64,000 bases of DNA from Halobacteriaceae archaeon (GCA_042216525.1 JBDGTT010000023.1:22812-86811), one strand, 5' to 3'. Counted from the stretch's first letter, positions 53,086-63,155 are shown. Program-made: numbers and translations. Notes: a model not told the origin generated them from the letters alone.

Positions 53086-53811
53086 ATGATTTCGCTGGAC
53101 GAAGCCGTGACCGCGCGCCTCGAGTCACACGGGGCCCGCTTCGAGGTGCTCGTCGACCCCGACGCCGCCCTCGAGATGAAGCGCGGGGAGTTCGAGGGCG
53201 AACTCGAGGACGTCATCGCCGCCAGGGACGTCTTCGAGAACGCCTCCCGCGGCGACCGACCGGCCGAGGAGGACTTAGAGGAGGTCTTCGGCACGACCGA
53301 CCCGATGGAGATAATCCCGGAGGTCATCAGACGCGGAGAGATACAGATCACGGCCGAGCAGCGCCGGGAGATGCAAGAGCAGAAGCGAAAGCAACTCGTC
53401 AACCGCATCACCCGGAACGCCGTCAACCCCCAGATGGACGACGCCCCCCACCCGCCGGAGCGCATCGAGAACGCCCTCGAGGAAGCGGGTTTCCGCGTCG
53501 ACCCGATGGAACCCGTCGAGACGCAGGTCGACGACGCGCTGGAGGCACTGCGCCCCATCATCCCCATCCGGTTCGACGAGGTGACCGTCGCGGTCCACCT
53601 CCCGCCGGAGTACGCCGGGAGCGGGCAGGGGCCCGTCCGGGAGTTCGGCGACCTGGAGCGCGAGGAGTGGCAGGGCGACGGCTCGTGGGTCGGCGTGGTG
53701 CGGTTCCCCGCGGGGCTGAAGAACGACTTCTACGACCTCGTGAACGAGGTGTCGAAGGGCGAGGGCGAGACCCGCGTGATCAGAGACGAGGACGAGCTCA
53801 GCCGGCGGTAG
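53086..53811 (+). CDS. Ribosome maturation protein SDO1/SBDS
   Basis: In-frame ATG at 53086 of track ORF 52738..53811 ([30 protein letters not shown]...). SBDS three-domain pattern and conserved position after psmA. Confidence 0.88.
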   Translation: MISLDEAVTARLESHGARFEVLVDPDAALEMKRGEFEGELEDVIAARDVFENASRGDRPAEEDLEEVFGTTDPMEIIPEVIRRGEIQITAEQRREMQEQKRKQLVNRITRNAVNPQMDDAPHPPERIENALEEAGFRVDPMEPVETQVDDALEALRPIIPIRFDEVTVAVHLPPEYAGSGQGPVREFGDLEREEWQGDGSWVGVVRFPAGLKNDFYDLVNEVSKGEGETRVIRDEDELSRR

Positions 53812-53838
53812 TCCCCACGGCGACGACCGACGCCCGCG

Positions 53839-54156
53839 TTACCCCCGCTTGAACCCGAGGAGGAAGCCGCCGGTGAACCCCGCCGAGATGGAGAGCGTCG
53901 AGAGGATGGTCGCCAGCCACGAAGGGGGCGGGCCGGAGGCCGCGCCCTGTGCCGTCGAGAGGAACGAAGCGCCCAGCTTCTCCCAGCGGACCGACAGGAT
54001 GCCCCGCGACTCGAGGAACTTGAACAGCGCGAGTTCCAGGCCGACGAGGACGGCGATGAGTTTGGCCACCTTCTTCGCGGCGAACCCGATGATGCCCCCG
54101 ATGACGGCGCCCGTCCCGAACTCCAGGCCGAGCGACGTCAAGTGGATGTCTGCCAT
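53839..54156 (-). CDS. FUN14-family membrane protein
   Basis: 105-aa ORF. Gly-rich TM helices GTGAVIGGIIGFAAKKVAKLIAVLVG. Confidence 0.7.
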   Translation of the reverse strand: MADIHLTSLGLEFGTGAVIGGIIGFAAKKVAKLIAVLVGLELALFKFLESRGILSVRWEKLGASFLSTAQGAASGPPPSWLATILSTLSISAGFTGGFLLGFKRG

Positions 54157-54243
54157 GCGGACAGGTCACTTCCGAGACGACAAGGCTCTTGTGGCGCGCT
54201 CACGCCCCGCGCTTAAGTAGACCGACCACGTAGGCGCGGGCGA

Positions 54244-55569
54244 GTGAGAGGCGAACGAGACCCGGACACGACCGTGGTTGCCAAGCGGGTAGACCGGGGT
54301 GACCCGGACACCGAGGAACTGGAGGACCTCGTGCGCGCCGCCGGCTACGAGGTTGGCGCGACCGTCACGCAGTCCCGCGAGGAGGACGCGGCGCTCCAGT
54401 TCGGTTCCGGCAAGGTCGAGGAACTCGCCGCGACGGTCGAGCGCGTGAACGCCGGCCGCGTCGTCTTCGACAACCGGCTCGGCCCCTACCAGACGTTCAA
54501 CCTCGGCCAGCAGATGCCCGAGGGCGTGGAGGTCCTCGACCGGTTCCGACTCATCCTCGAGATATTCGGCCAGCGCGCGAACACCCGGAAGGCCCAGTTG
54601 CAGGTCGAACTCGCGTCGCTGCGCTACGAACTCCCGCGAGCGGAGGCGAAGGCCAGCCTCGCGAAGCGCGAGGAGCGCCCCGGGTTCATGGGTCTCGGCG
54701 AGTACGACGAGAGCCGGGAGCGGGACATCAAAGACCAGATATCGACCATCCGCGAGGAACTCGCGAGCATCGAGCAGACCGAGGCCCACCGACGCGAGCA
54801 GCGCCACGAGTCGGGCTTCGACCTGGTGGCGCTCGCCGGCTACACGAACGCCGGCAAGTCCACGCTGATGCAAGCGCTGGCCGCCGACCTCGAACTGGGA
54901 GAGAACGAGGACCGGCACCCGGACCTGCCGACGACGGCGGAGGCCCGGGACCGCCTGTTCACCACGCTGGGGACGACGACCCGCCGGATGGAGTTCGAGC
55001 GGCGGGACGTCTTGCTGACCGACACGGTCGGGTTCATCTCCGAGTTGCCCCACTGGCTCGTCGAGTCCTTCAGGTCCACGCTGGAGTCCGTCTACCGCGC
55101 GGACCTGGTGCTCCTCGTCGTCGACGTCTCCGAACCGGTCGAGGACATCCGCGAGAAGGTCGTCACCAGTCACGACACCCTCTACGAGCGCAACGAGGCA
55201 CCCATCGTGACCGTCCTCAACAAGGTGGACGCGGTGAGCGAGGCGGAACTTGAGCGCAAGCGAGCGGCGCTGTCGGCGCTCACGACCGCCCCCGTCGCCG
55301 TGTCGGCCCGCGAGGGCACCGGGCTGGACGCCCTCCGCCGGCGCGTCGACGAGGCGCTCCCCGACCTGGAGCGGGAGCGCCTCGTCCTGCCGCTGACCGA
55401 CGACGCGATGACCGTCGTCTCCTGGGTCCACGACAACGCCCACGTCGAGGACGTCGACTACGGGGGCGACCAGGTGGTCGTCGACTTCGAGGCCAGACCG
55501 GCCGTCATCGAGCAGACGCGGGCCAAAGCCGAGTCCGTCGGACCGGCGGCCGAACCGCAGCAGGGATAG
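54244..55569 (+). CDS. hflX: GTPase HflX
   Basis: 441-aa ORF with a GTG start 27 nt downstream of CTTAAGTA. G1 motif GYTNAGKSTL, DTVGF and NKVD. Confidence 0.92.
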   Translation: MRGERDPDTTVVAKRVDRGDPDTEELEDLVRAAGYEVGATVTQSREEDAALQFGSGKVEELAATVERVNAGRVVFDNRLGPYQTFNLGQQMPEGVEVLDRFRLILEIFGQRANTRKAQLQVELASLRYELPRAEAKASLAKREERPGFMGLGEYDESRERDIKDQISTIREELASIEQTEAHRREQRHESGFDLVALAGYTNAGKSTLMQALAADLELGENEDRHPDLPTTAEARDRLFTTLGTTTRRMEFERRDVLLTDTVGFISELPHWLVESFRSTLESVYRADLVLLVVDVSEPVEDIREKVVTSHDTLYERNEAPIVTVLNKVDAVSEAELERKRAALSALTTAPVAVSAREGTGLDALRRRVDEALPDLERERLVLPLTDDAMTVVSWVHDNAHVEDVDYGGDQVVVDFEARPAVIEQTRAKAESVGPAAEPQQG

Positions 55570-55598
55570 TCGCGGCGCCGAAACCCACGCCGAGGCGG

Positions 55599-56204
55599 AT
55601 GTACTCACCGATACCCGAGGCGTGGGCGCGGTCGTACCTCGACCCCGAACTCTCGCGCTCGACGCTCGTGCTCGCGAACGGCGCGGGCGCCCTCGTCGGC
55701 ATCGGCTTCTACCTGCGCCAGCTCGACGCGTGGCCGGTCTACGCGTGGCCGATGCTGATCGACAGTCCGCTGGGCCTCGCCCTCGTCGGCGCGAGCCTCC
55801 TCACGCTCCTGCCGTTCGCCAGCACGCGGGAGTACCCCGCCAAGCCCTCGCTGGACCTGCTGAACACCTTCGCGTTCGTCTACGCGCTGAAGTACGGCGT
55901 CTGGACGGCCGTCGCGTTGAACCTCCAGTTCTCGCTGTACTTCCCCGAGGCCTGGTCGTACTTCGGCATCCTCTTCACCCACCTCGCGATGGTGGCCGAG
56001 GCGTTCCTCCTGCCCTACTACGGCCGGACGAACCGGTGGGCGCTCGGCGTCGCCGCCGCGTGGTTGCTCGTCAACGACGCACTGGACTACGGCGTCGGCC
56101 TCCACCCCCACCTCCGGGGCCCGGCCGGGGTCCTTCCCTACGTCACGGTGGCCCTGACCGTCGGTGCGGTGGCGCTGGCGGCCTACTGCTTCGACCGGGC
56201 CTAG
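55599..56204 (+). CDS. DUF1405-family membrane protein
   Basis: 201-aa ORF with 5-6 TM helices and a DSP motif (LIDSPLG). Confidence 0.75.
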   Translation: MYSPIPEAWARSYLDPELSRSTLVLANGAGALVGIGFYLRQLDAWPVYAWPMLIDSPLGLALVGASLLTLLPFASTREYPAKPSLDLLNTFAFVYALKYGVWTAVALNLQFSLYFPEAWSYFGILFTHLAMVAEAFLLPYYGRTNRWALGVAAAWLLVNDALDYGVGLHPHLRGPAGVLPYVTVALTVGAVALAAYCFDRA

Positions 56205-56674
56205 GTCGCTCGCGTCGCCTTCTCGACGACCCGGACGTCTCGGATGGCCGTCTCGGGGTACTGCCCGTCGGCGTCCTTCTCCGCGCTCTTGACCATGTCC
56301 CAGACGGCGCCGAGACCGGTCGTGACGCCCTGGAGCGCCTCCATCTCGCAGCCGGTCTTGCCGGTCGTCTCGACGGCGACGGTCAGCGTCACCCGGTCCG
56401 CGCCGACGTCGAACTCCGTCTCGACGTTCGTGACCGGAATCTGGTGGCAGAGGGGGATGGCCTCCCAGGTGTGCTTGACGGCCTGGACCGCCGCCACCCT
56501 CGCGGTGGCGAGCACCGCGCCCTTCTCGACGTCCCCCGCCCGGACGGCGTCGGCCGTCGTCGGCCGGACGACGAGGTCGCCCCGGGCGACGGCGCGGCGC
56601 CGACTGTCGGGCTTGTCGCCCACGTCGACCATGTCGACGTCGCCCGCTTCGTCCGTGTGGGTGAACTCGGTCAC
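56201..56674 (-). CDS. moaC: Cyclic pyranopterin monophosphate synthase
   Basis: C-terminal 157 aa of track ORF 56201..56827. GTG start at 56674 (VTEFTHTDEAGDVDMVDVGDK...) overlaps the nnr stop (GTGA). Motifs IPLCHQIP and GKTGCEMEAL. Confidence 0.92.
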   Translation of the reverse strand: MTEFTHTDEAGDVDMVDVGDKPDSRRRAVARGDLVVRPTTADAVRAGDVEKGAVLATARVAAVQAVKHTWEAIPLCHQIPVTNVETEFDVGADRVTLTVAVETTGKTGCEMEALQGVTTGLGAVWDMVKSAEKDADGQYPETAIRDVRVVEKATRAT

Positions 56675-58116
56675 CGGCGGCCCTCCGGGTCGCGGAGCGC
56701 GGTCGGTAGCTCCTCGAGGAGGTCCGAGGCGACGAGGCCGTACCCTCGCTCGCCGACGACTGCGTCGCCGGCGGCGCCGTTGGCGTAGGCCGCGGCGGCG
56801 GCCGCGTCGACGGGCGGGCGGACGCACAGCAGCGCGCCCGTGGCGCCCGCGAGGACGTCGCCCGTGCCGCCGACGGTCATGCCGGGGTTGCCCGTCCGGT
56901 TGACGCGCGTGCGCTCCCCGTCCGAGACGACGTCGTGGGCGCCCTTCACGAGGAGCGTGTGACCCAGGTCGGCGGCGAACGCCTCGACGGCGTCGGCCCT
57001 GGCTCGCCAGTCGGCCTCGCTCGGGCCGCCCATCTCCCGGAGTTCGCCCTGGTGGGGCGTGCAGACGAGGGTGGCGTCGGTGTCCACCTCGGGAACGACG
57101 GCGAGGGCGTCCGCGTCGACGACGGCGCGGCCGTCGTATCCCTCGAGGAGGGCCCGGACGGCGTCCATGGTCTCCGCGGCCTCACCCAGTCCCGGCCCGA
57201 GGACGACGACGTCGCGGTCGCTCGCGGCGTCGAGCAACCCGTCGACGTGGTCCGGGTCGAGGCGGTCGCCCGCGTAGCCCGAGACGATGAGATCCGCGCT
57301 GTAGCCCTGTATCTCGCGGGCCACCGTCTCGGGCGCGTGGACGTACGCGAGGTCCGCGCCGGCCCGGAGCGACGCCTGTGCCGCGAGCGCGGGCGCGCCC
57401 GTGTACGGGCCGCCGCCGACGACCATCACCCGGCCGAAGTCGCCCTTGTGGCTCTCGGCGGGGCGAGCGCCGGGCAGGTCGCCAGGACCGACGAACAGTT
57501 CGGCGGCCGCGGGGATGCCGATGTCCGCGACGGTCACCTCGGCGTCCACCTCCTCGAGGCCGGGCTTGTCGTCGTGGAAGGTCACGACGTGGTCGGCGTC
57601 CACCGCGAGGCCGTGGGTCTCGCCGGTGTCCGCGTCCACGCCCGAGGGCACGTCGACGGCGACCACCGGCGCGTCGACGTCGTTGACGGCGGCGGCGGCC
57701 GTGCGCTCGGGTTCGCGGAGCGCCCCGGTGACGCCGGTCCCGAGCATCGCGTCCACGACGACGTCCGGGTCACCCAGCGACGCGTCGAGGTCCCGTGAGT
57801 CGGTGACCGTCCGGGCGTCGATGGCGGCGCGTCCGAGGGCGTCCCAGTTCTCCCGCGCGATGGTCGTCGAGATGGCCTCGGGCCGCCCGAGGAGGTGGAC
57901 GGTCACGTCGAACGCCGAGAGGAAGCGCGCGGCGACGAACGCGTCGCCGCCGTTGTTCCCGCGGCCGGCGACGACGGCGACGGACCCGCCGTCGGGCGTC
58001 ACCTCGCGGACGACGCGGGCCACGGCGTTACCGCTCGACTCCATCAACTGCTTGCGCGGGACTCCGAGGGCCGCCGCGTTCCGATCGACGGCGGCCATGC
58101 GCTCGGCGGATATCAT
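56671..58116 (-). CDS. nnr: Bifunctional NAD(P)H-hydrate epimerase / ADP-dependent dehydratase
   Basis: In-frame ATG at 58116 of track ORF 56671..58701 (MISAERMAAVDRNAAALG...). Motifs GRGNNGGDAF, HKGDFGRV and GGTGDVLAG. Confidence 0.9.
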   Translation of the reverse strand: MISAERMAAVDRNAAALGVPRKQLMESSGNAVARVVREVTPDGGSVAVVAGRGNNGGDAFVAARFLSAFDVTVHLLGRPEAISTTIARENWDALGRAAIDARTVTDSRDLDASLGDPDVVVDAMLGTGVTGALREPERTAAAAVNDVDAPVVAVDVPSGVDADTGETHGLAVDADHVVTFHDDKPGLEEVDAEVTVADIGIPAAAELFVGPGDLPGARPAESHKGDFGRVMVVGGGPYTGAPALAAQASLRAGADLAYVHAPETVAREIQGYSADLIVSGYAGDRLDPDHVDGLLDAASDRDVVVLGPGLGEAAETMDAVRALLEGYDGRAVVDADALAVVPEVDTDATLVCTPHQGELREMGGPSEADWRARADAVEAFAADLGHTLLVKGAHDVVSDGERTRVNRTGNPGMTVGGTGDVLAGATGALLCVRPPVDAAAAAAYANGAAGDAVVGERGYGLVASDLLEELPTALRDPEGRR

Positions 58117-58207
58117 CGGCCGAGGTTGGGCCGGGTGGCCCCTAATCCTACCGCCGGCGCTCCGGCGGGGGCACACGCTTTTCTCGACCCCCCGCGAGGG
58201 GCCGGCC

Positions 58208-59149
58208 ATGGCGAGCGACCCAGACCACGCACTTGCGGCGACCGACGAGAACGTCCACCGCGACTGGGACCGGGCCCGCGACCCCGTCGCGACGGTCGCG
58301 CCGGGCGACGTCGTGCGCTTCGAGTGCCGACACGCCAACGGCGAGGACCTCGACGCCGAGACGACCGCAGACGACCTCGACTTCGCGTTCCGCGGCCACC
58401 GCCTCACGGGCCCCGTGGCCGTCGAGGGAGCGACGCCGGGCGACACCCTCGCGGTCGACGTCCTCGACGTCGACCACCACGGCTGGGGGTACACGATGGT
58501 CCGCCCAGGCGACCAGGGGGTCGGGCTCCTGCCCGAGTCGTTCCCCGACGCCGCCATCCACCACTGGGACCTCGACGGCGACGTCGGCCGGTTCGTCGAC
58601 GGCATCGAGGTGGGCCTCGCGCCGTTCCCGGGGTGTGTCGGGCTCGCGCCCGCCGCCGAGGGACCGCACTCGACGACGCCACCGCGCCGCGTCGGGGGCA
58701 ACCTGGACGTGAAACACCTCGTCGCGGGGTCGACCGTCTACCTCCCGGTGGAAGTCGCGGGCGCGCTCCTGAGCGTCGGCGACGGCCACGCCGCACAGGG
58801 CGACGGCGAGGTGTGTGTCACCGCCATCGAGGCGCCGGTGACCGTGACCGCCCGGGTCCGCCTCGCGGAGCGGTCGGTCGACGGGCCGGAACTGGAGACC
58901 CCCGGCCCGTTCGCGCCGGCCGGCGTCGACGGCCGCGCCGTCGGGACGACCGGCGTGGCCGACGACCTCATGGCCGCCACCCGTGAGGCCGTCCTCGCCA
59001 TGGTCGACCGCGTGACCGACCGCACCGACCTCACCCCGACGGAGGCCTACATGCTCTGCTCCGTGGCCGCCGACCTGAAGGTGAGCGAGGTGGTGAACGC
59101 GCCCAACTACGTCGTGACGGCCCTCCTCCCGGCGTCGATGCTGGCGTGA
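58208..59149 (+). CDS. Acetamidase/formamidase-family amidohydrolase
   Basis: In-frame ATG at 58208 of track ORF 57401..59149 (MASDPDHALAATDENVH...). Motifs GGNLDVKHL and SVGDGHAAQGDGEVC. Confidence 0.85.
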   Translation: MASDPDHALAATDENVHRDWDRARDPVATVAPGDVVRFECRHANGEDLDAETTADDLDFAFRGHRLTGPVAVEGATPGDTLAVDVLDVDHHGWGYTMVRPGDQGVGLLPESFPDAAIHHWDLDGDVGRFVDGIEVGLAPFPGCVGLAPAAEGPHSTTPPRRVGGNLDVKHLVAGSTVYLPVEVAGALLSVGDGHAAQGDGEVCVTAIEAPVTVTARVRLAERSVDGPELETPGPFAPAGVDGRAVGTTGVADDLMAATREAVLAMVDRVTDRTDLTPTEAYMLCSVAADLKVSEVVNAPNYVVTALLPASMLA

Positions 59150-59208
59150 TTCCCCGACCGCGGGAACGGCCGGACGGCTCTTTGTGCGTGCGGCGCGTCC
59201 CGTCGACC

Positions 59209-60123
59209 ATGACACGCCCGACCGACGGCGGGAGCGACCGTCCGGACCGCCCCCCATCTGACGGCACGTGCCCGTCGCGCGGACGGCGAGCGCTGGCCGT
59301 GGCGGTCGGCCTCGGCGCTCTCGCGACGGGGGCGGCGGTCATCGCCCGCCGCCGATTCGAACGGTCGACGGCGCGCCGCGTCGCCGCCCTGACCGACCGT
59401 CCCACCGGGGAACCGGCCCGTCGCTTCTCGCCCGCAGACGTGGCCGACCTCCCGCCGCCGGTCCGCCGGTACTTCGAGGCGGTCCTCCCCGAGGGCCACC
59501 CCCACGCCCGGACCGTCCGCCTCCGGCAGCGGGGGTCGCTCCGCCTCGGCGGGCCCGAGGACCCCTGGCGGCCGCTGACCGCCGTCCAGCACTACGCGGT
59601 CGACCCGCCCGGGTTCGTCTGGGACGCGACCGTCTCGCTGGCGCCGGTCGCGTCGGTCCGGGTCGTCGACGCCTACGCGGACGGGCGTGGCGACCTCCAC
59701 GCCCGCCTGTTCGGGGCGGTGCCGGTGGCCGACGCGGCCCCCGGGCCCGAGATGAACGAGGCCGAACTGGCGCGCTACCTGGGTGAGGCGGTCTGGTTCC
59801 CGACTGCGCTGCTCCCGGCCGCCGGCGTGCGCTGGCGCCCGCGGGACGACCGCTCTGCGACGGCGACGCTGACCGACGGGGACGTGACGGCCACGCTGAC
59901 GTTTCACTTCGGCGAGGACGACCGGGTGACGCGCGTCACCACCGACCGGCGGTACCGGTCGGTCGACGGCGGGTTCGAGGCGACGCCGTGGACGGGCGAG
60001 TTCTGGGACTACCGGGAGCGCGGGGGCGCGTCGGTGCCGGCGCGCGGTCGCGCGACCTGGCACCTGCCGGACGGCGACCTTCCCTACTGGGAGGGAGCGG
60101 TGACCGAGGCCGCAATCGAGTGA
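59209..60123 (+). CDS. Hypothetical protein with one N-terminal TM helix
   Basis: Track ORF 59146..60123 begins at a GTG overlapping the previous stop. ATG at 59209 (MTRPTDGG...) has a CTCTTTGTG box about 24-32 nt upstream. No family recognised with confidence. Confidence 0.6.
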   Translation: MTRPTDGGSDRPDRPPSDGTCPSRGRRALAVAVGLGALATGAAVIARRRFERSTARRVAALTDRPTGEPARRFSPADVADLPPPVRRYFEAVLPEGHPHARTVRLRQRGSLRLGGPEDPWRPLTAVQHYAVDPPGFVWDATVSLAPVASVRVVDAYADGRGDLHARLFGAVPVADAAPGPEMNEAELARYLGEAVWFPTALLPAAGVRWRPRDDRSATATLTDGDVTATLTFHFGEDDRVTRVTTDRRYRSVDGGFEATPWTGEFWDYRERGGASVPARGRATWHLPDGDLPYWEGAVTEAAIE

Positions 60124-60169
60124 GGCGGCTGGCAAACATACTTCAACGGCGGGCGCGGACCTACGGCCG

Positions 60170-61003
60170 ATGCCGACGAACGGGGACGACCTGGCGGAGT
60201 CCGGCGTCCTGCGGAGCAAGCGGACGGCGACGACCTACCAGATACTCGTGCAGATCGCCGAGCGCCAACCGGCGGTCAGCCAGCGCGAGATCGCCGACGC
60301 CATCGGCGTCACCGCCCAGGCCGTCAGCGACTACCTCCAGGACCTCGTCGGAGAGGGCTTCGTCGAGAAGCAGGGTCGGGGCCGGTACGAGGTGACCAAG
60401 GAGGGCGTCGACTGGCTCATCGCCCAGACCGACGAGTTGCGGGAGTTCGTCGACCACGTCTCCGAGGACGTCATCGGCGGCGTCGAGACGGAGACGGCCG
60501 TGGCGACGGCCCCCGTCAGCGAGGGCGAGACCGTCTCGCTGTCGATGGCCGACGGCGTGTTGCGGGCGACGCCCGGCGCCGAGGGGGCGGCCACCGCCGT
60601 CGCGGTGACCGACGCCGGGGCCGAGGAGGACGTGGGCGTCACCGGGTTCGCTGGCGTCGTCGACTACGACCTCGGGACCGTGACGGTCATCGCCGTCCCG
60701 CGAGTGGGCGTCGGCGGGAGTCGAGCCGTCGACGCGGCGGCGGCGGCCGCGGCGGCCCGGGACCACGACGTGGTCGCCGTCGCCGGCACCGAGGCGCTGG
60801 TCGCGGCACGACGGGCGGGTCTCGACCCCGAGGTCCGCTTCGGCACGCCCGCGGCCGTCCGGGAGGCCGCGACGAAGGGCCTGGACGTGCTCCTGTTCGC
60901 CACGACGACGACGCTCTCGGCTCACACCGACCGCCTCCGCGAGGCCAACATCGGATACGAGGTGATCGACGCGGCGGAGAACGCCCCGCCAGGGCGGTCG
61001 TAG
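60170..61003 (+). CDS. Winged-helix (MarR-like) regulator with a large C-terminal domain
   Basis: 277-aa ORF. N-terminal wHTH TYQILVQIAERQPAVSQREIADAIGVTAQAVSDYLQDLVGEGFVEKQGRGRYEVT. Confidence 0.7.
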   Translation: MPTNGDDLAESGVLRSKRTATTYQILVQIAERQPAVSQREIADAIGVTAQAVSDYLQDLVGEGFVEKQGRGRYEVTKEGVDWLIAQTDELREFVDHVSEDVIGGVETETAVATAPVSEGETVSLSMADGVLRATPGAEGAATAVAVTDAGAEEDVGVTGFAGVVDYDLGTVTVIAVPRVGVGGSRAVDAAAAAAAARDHDVVAVAGTEALVAARRAGLDPEVRFGTPAAVREAATKGLDVLLFATTTTLSAHTDRLREANIGYEVIDAAENAPPGRS

Positions 61004-61019
61004 CCCCGCGACGCACCGA

Positions 61020-62093
61020 CTACTCGGCCAGTTCCTCGTCGGCCATCCACCGCTGCCCGTAGGAGCGGTAGCCGTCGAACTCGCCCGCGCGGATCTCGGC
61101 CTCGATCTCGGTGCGCGTCTCGCCGCCGATGCGGACGAGGTGACAGATCGGGTGTCCCGGGAGCGCCAGCGGGTTCTCGAGGACGCCGACGATGAGGCCG
61201 GTGAACGGCGCCTCGACGGTCCGCTCGGCGCGCCGGAAGTGGTCCGTGACGGTGCAGATGGGGTCGCCCTCGTGGACGAGCGGGTTGGGGCCCCACTCCA
61301 TCTCGACCAAGCCGCCCGTGTCGGCGCGGATCCACCGCTTCTCCTCGGTCGGCCCCATCACCTTCCGCCACGACGGGTCGACGACCGCCCCGTCCGGGAC
61401 GACGCCGTAGGTGGCGAGGACGCTCTCGACGTCGCGTAGCGCACGCTCGATGAGTGCGGGCTGGAACCGGTGGGCCTTGCCCATCTCGACGGTGACGGTC
61501 GGCGTGCCGTTCCGGGAGGCGACGGCGCGGAGCGACCCCTCCTCCCCGGCGCCGGAGAGGACCACGTTCGCGCCGTAGGCGCGCGCCAACTCCGCGACCG
61601 CGGGGTCCTCGACGTCCGCGCGGACGTGGTACATCGTCGTGCGGTTCCGCGTGGAGGTGTGGAAGTCGATGCCGACGTCACAGGGCTCGACGAACGACCG
61701 GTAGATTTCGTGTGCCATCCGCTCGGCGGTGTTCGCGCGCTCCTTCCCCGGGAACGAGCGGTTGAGGTCCTGGTCGTAGATGGGGATGTATCGCTGCTGT
61801 GCCTGGTAGCCGGGGACGTTGACGACGTGGACCAGGACCAGCGTCCCGTGGACGTCGCGGGGACCGTACCGGTCGGCCACCTCCTGGAGTACCTTGACCC
61901 CGTTGAGTTCGTCGCCGTGGAGCGCCGCGGTCATCACCACGCGCGGACCTGTCTCCTCGCCGTTGACGACGGTCACCGGCACCTCGACGGGGTCTCCGAG
62001 GTACGTCTCGCCCACCTCGTGGCGGAACTGTCGCTTCTCGCCCGGGTCGACCGTCGCGTCGAAGCGGAACGGACGGGGCTGGTCGCGTGCCAT
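61020..62093 (-). CDS. AstE/AspA-family (M14-fold) zinc deacylase, long form (paralogue of 8746..9771)
   Basis: 357-aa ORF. Motifs TAALHGDELNG, DLNRSFPG and DFHTSTR. Roughly 50-60% identical to the first paralogue over stretches I aligned by eye. Confidence 0.85.
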   Translation of the reverse strand: MARDQPRPFRFDATVDPGEKRQFRHEVGETYLGDPVEVPVTVVNGEETGPRVVMTAALHGDELNGVKVLQEVADRYGPRDVHGTLVLVHVVNVPGYQAQQRYIPIYDQDLNRSFPGKERANTAERMAHEIYRSFVEPCDVGIDFHTSTRNRTTMYHVRADVEDPAVAELARAYGANVVLSGAGEEGSLRAVASRNGTPTVTVEMGKAHRFQPALIERALRDVESVLATYGVVPDGAVVDPSWRKVMGPTEEKRWIRADTGGLVEMEWGPNPLVHEGDPICTVTDHFRRAERTVEAPFTGLIVGVLENPLALPGHPICHLVRIGGETRTEIEAEIRAGEFDGYRSYGQRWMADEELAE

Positions 62094-62202
62094 CCGCGGA
62101 GGAGACGGCCGCCCGCCACAACTGCGTACCGGTCCGGCCGGCCGGGCTGGGACCCACGGACGGGGGCGTGGCTATTTGTGCCCCACGGCCCAGGGGAGAG
62201 CC

Positions 62203-63129
62203 ATGTCGTCGCTCCCGCCGGTCCCGGTGCAGACGACTACCACTGGCGTCGACCCGACCGCCGTCGTGGACGTCTGGCCGGTCGTGGTCCGGTTCGGGTG
62301 GTTCCTCGTCGCAGCGAGTCTCGTCGTGCTCGGCGGCCGGTACGTCGTAGAACCGACCGTCTCCCGCGCCATCCGTCGCCGCAACCGGAACAACCCCACC
62401 ATCCGGGAGGCCATCCGGCGGTACCTCCGTCTCCTCACCTACGTCGTGGCGCTCTACGCGGGCCTGGGGGCGGCGGGGTACGGGCAGTTTCTCGGCAGTT
62501 CGGCGCTCGTCATCGCCGCGGGCACCCTCGCCGTCGGCGTCGCCGGTCAGACCGTCATCGGGTCGCTCGTCAGCGGCCTCGTCCTCGTGGCCGACCCGGA
62601 GTTCAACGTCGGCAACTACATCGAGTGGGACGGCGGCGAGGGCGAGGTGCGCTCGATCACGCTCCGCGTGACCCGGGTGCACACGCCGGGCGGCAAACTG
62701 ATCACGATCCCCAACCAGACCCTGACGAGCGAGGCGATAACACGGCCCTACGGTCGCGACCGGTACCGCGTGGTCGAGCACCTCGGCCTCGCGTACGGCG
62801 CCGACGTCGAGGCGGCACTCGACGGACTCACCGACGCCGCGCGCGGCCTCGACGGCGTCCTCGCGGACCCGCGGCCGCGGGCCTACGTGGACGACCTGGG
62901 CAGCGACGCGGTGATGGTCCGGGTCCACTACTGGGTCGACGACCCCCGGAACCGCGACGTCTTCGCCGTGCGCTCGGCGTTCGCCCGGGCGGCGATGGAC
63001 GCACTCGACCGCGCGGACGTCACCGTCAGCCCGCCGTCGAAGCGGGACCTGCAGGGCCGCGTCGCGGTGGACGTCGGGGCCGGCGCCGACGGCACTGGCG
63101 GCGCCCCGGCGGACGGACCACCGGACTGA
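62203..63129 (+). CDS. MscS-family mechanosensitive channel
   Basis: In-frame ATG at 62203 of track ORF 61819..63129 (MSSLPPVPVQ...). TM3-type GQTVIGSLVSGLVLVADPEFNVGNYIEW followed by the beta domain. Confidence 0.85.
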   Translation: MSSLPPVPVQTTTTGVDPTAVVDVWPVVVRFGWFLVAASLVVLGGRYVVEPTVSRAIRRRNRNNPTIREAIRRYLRLLTYVVALYAGLGAAGYGQFLGSSALVIAAGTLAVGVAGQTVIGSLVSGLVLVADPEFNVGNYIEWDGGEGEVRSITLRVTRVHTPGGKLITIPNQTLTSEAITRPYGRDRYRVVEHLGLAYGADVEAALDGLTDAARGLDGVLADPRPRAYVDDLGSDAVMVRVHYWVDDPRNRDVFAVRSAFARAAMDALDRADVTVSPPSKRDLQGRVAVDVGAGADGTGGAPADGPPD

Positions 63130-63155
63130 AGGGCGTGGCACCACACCACACGGAC

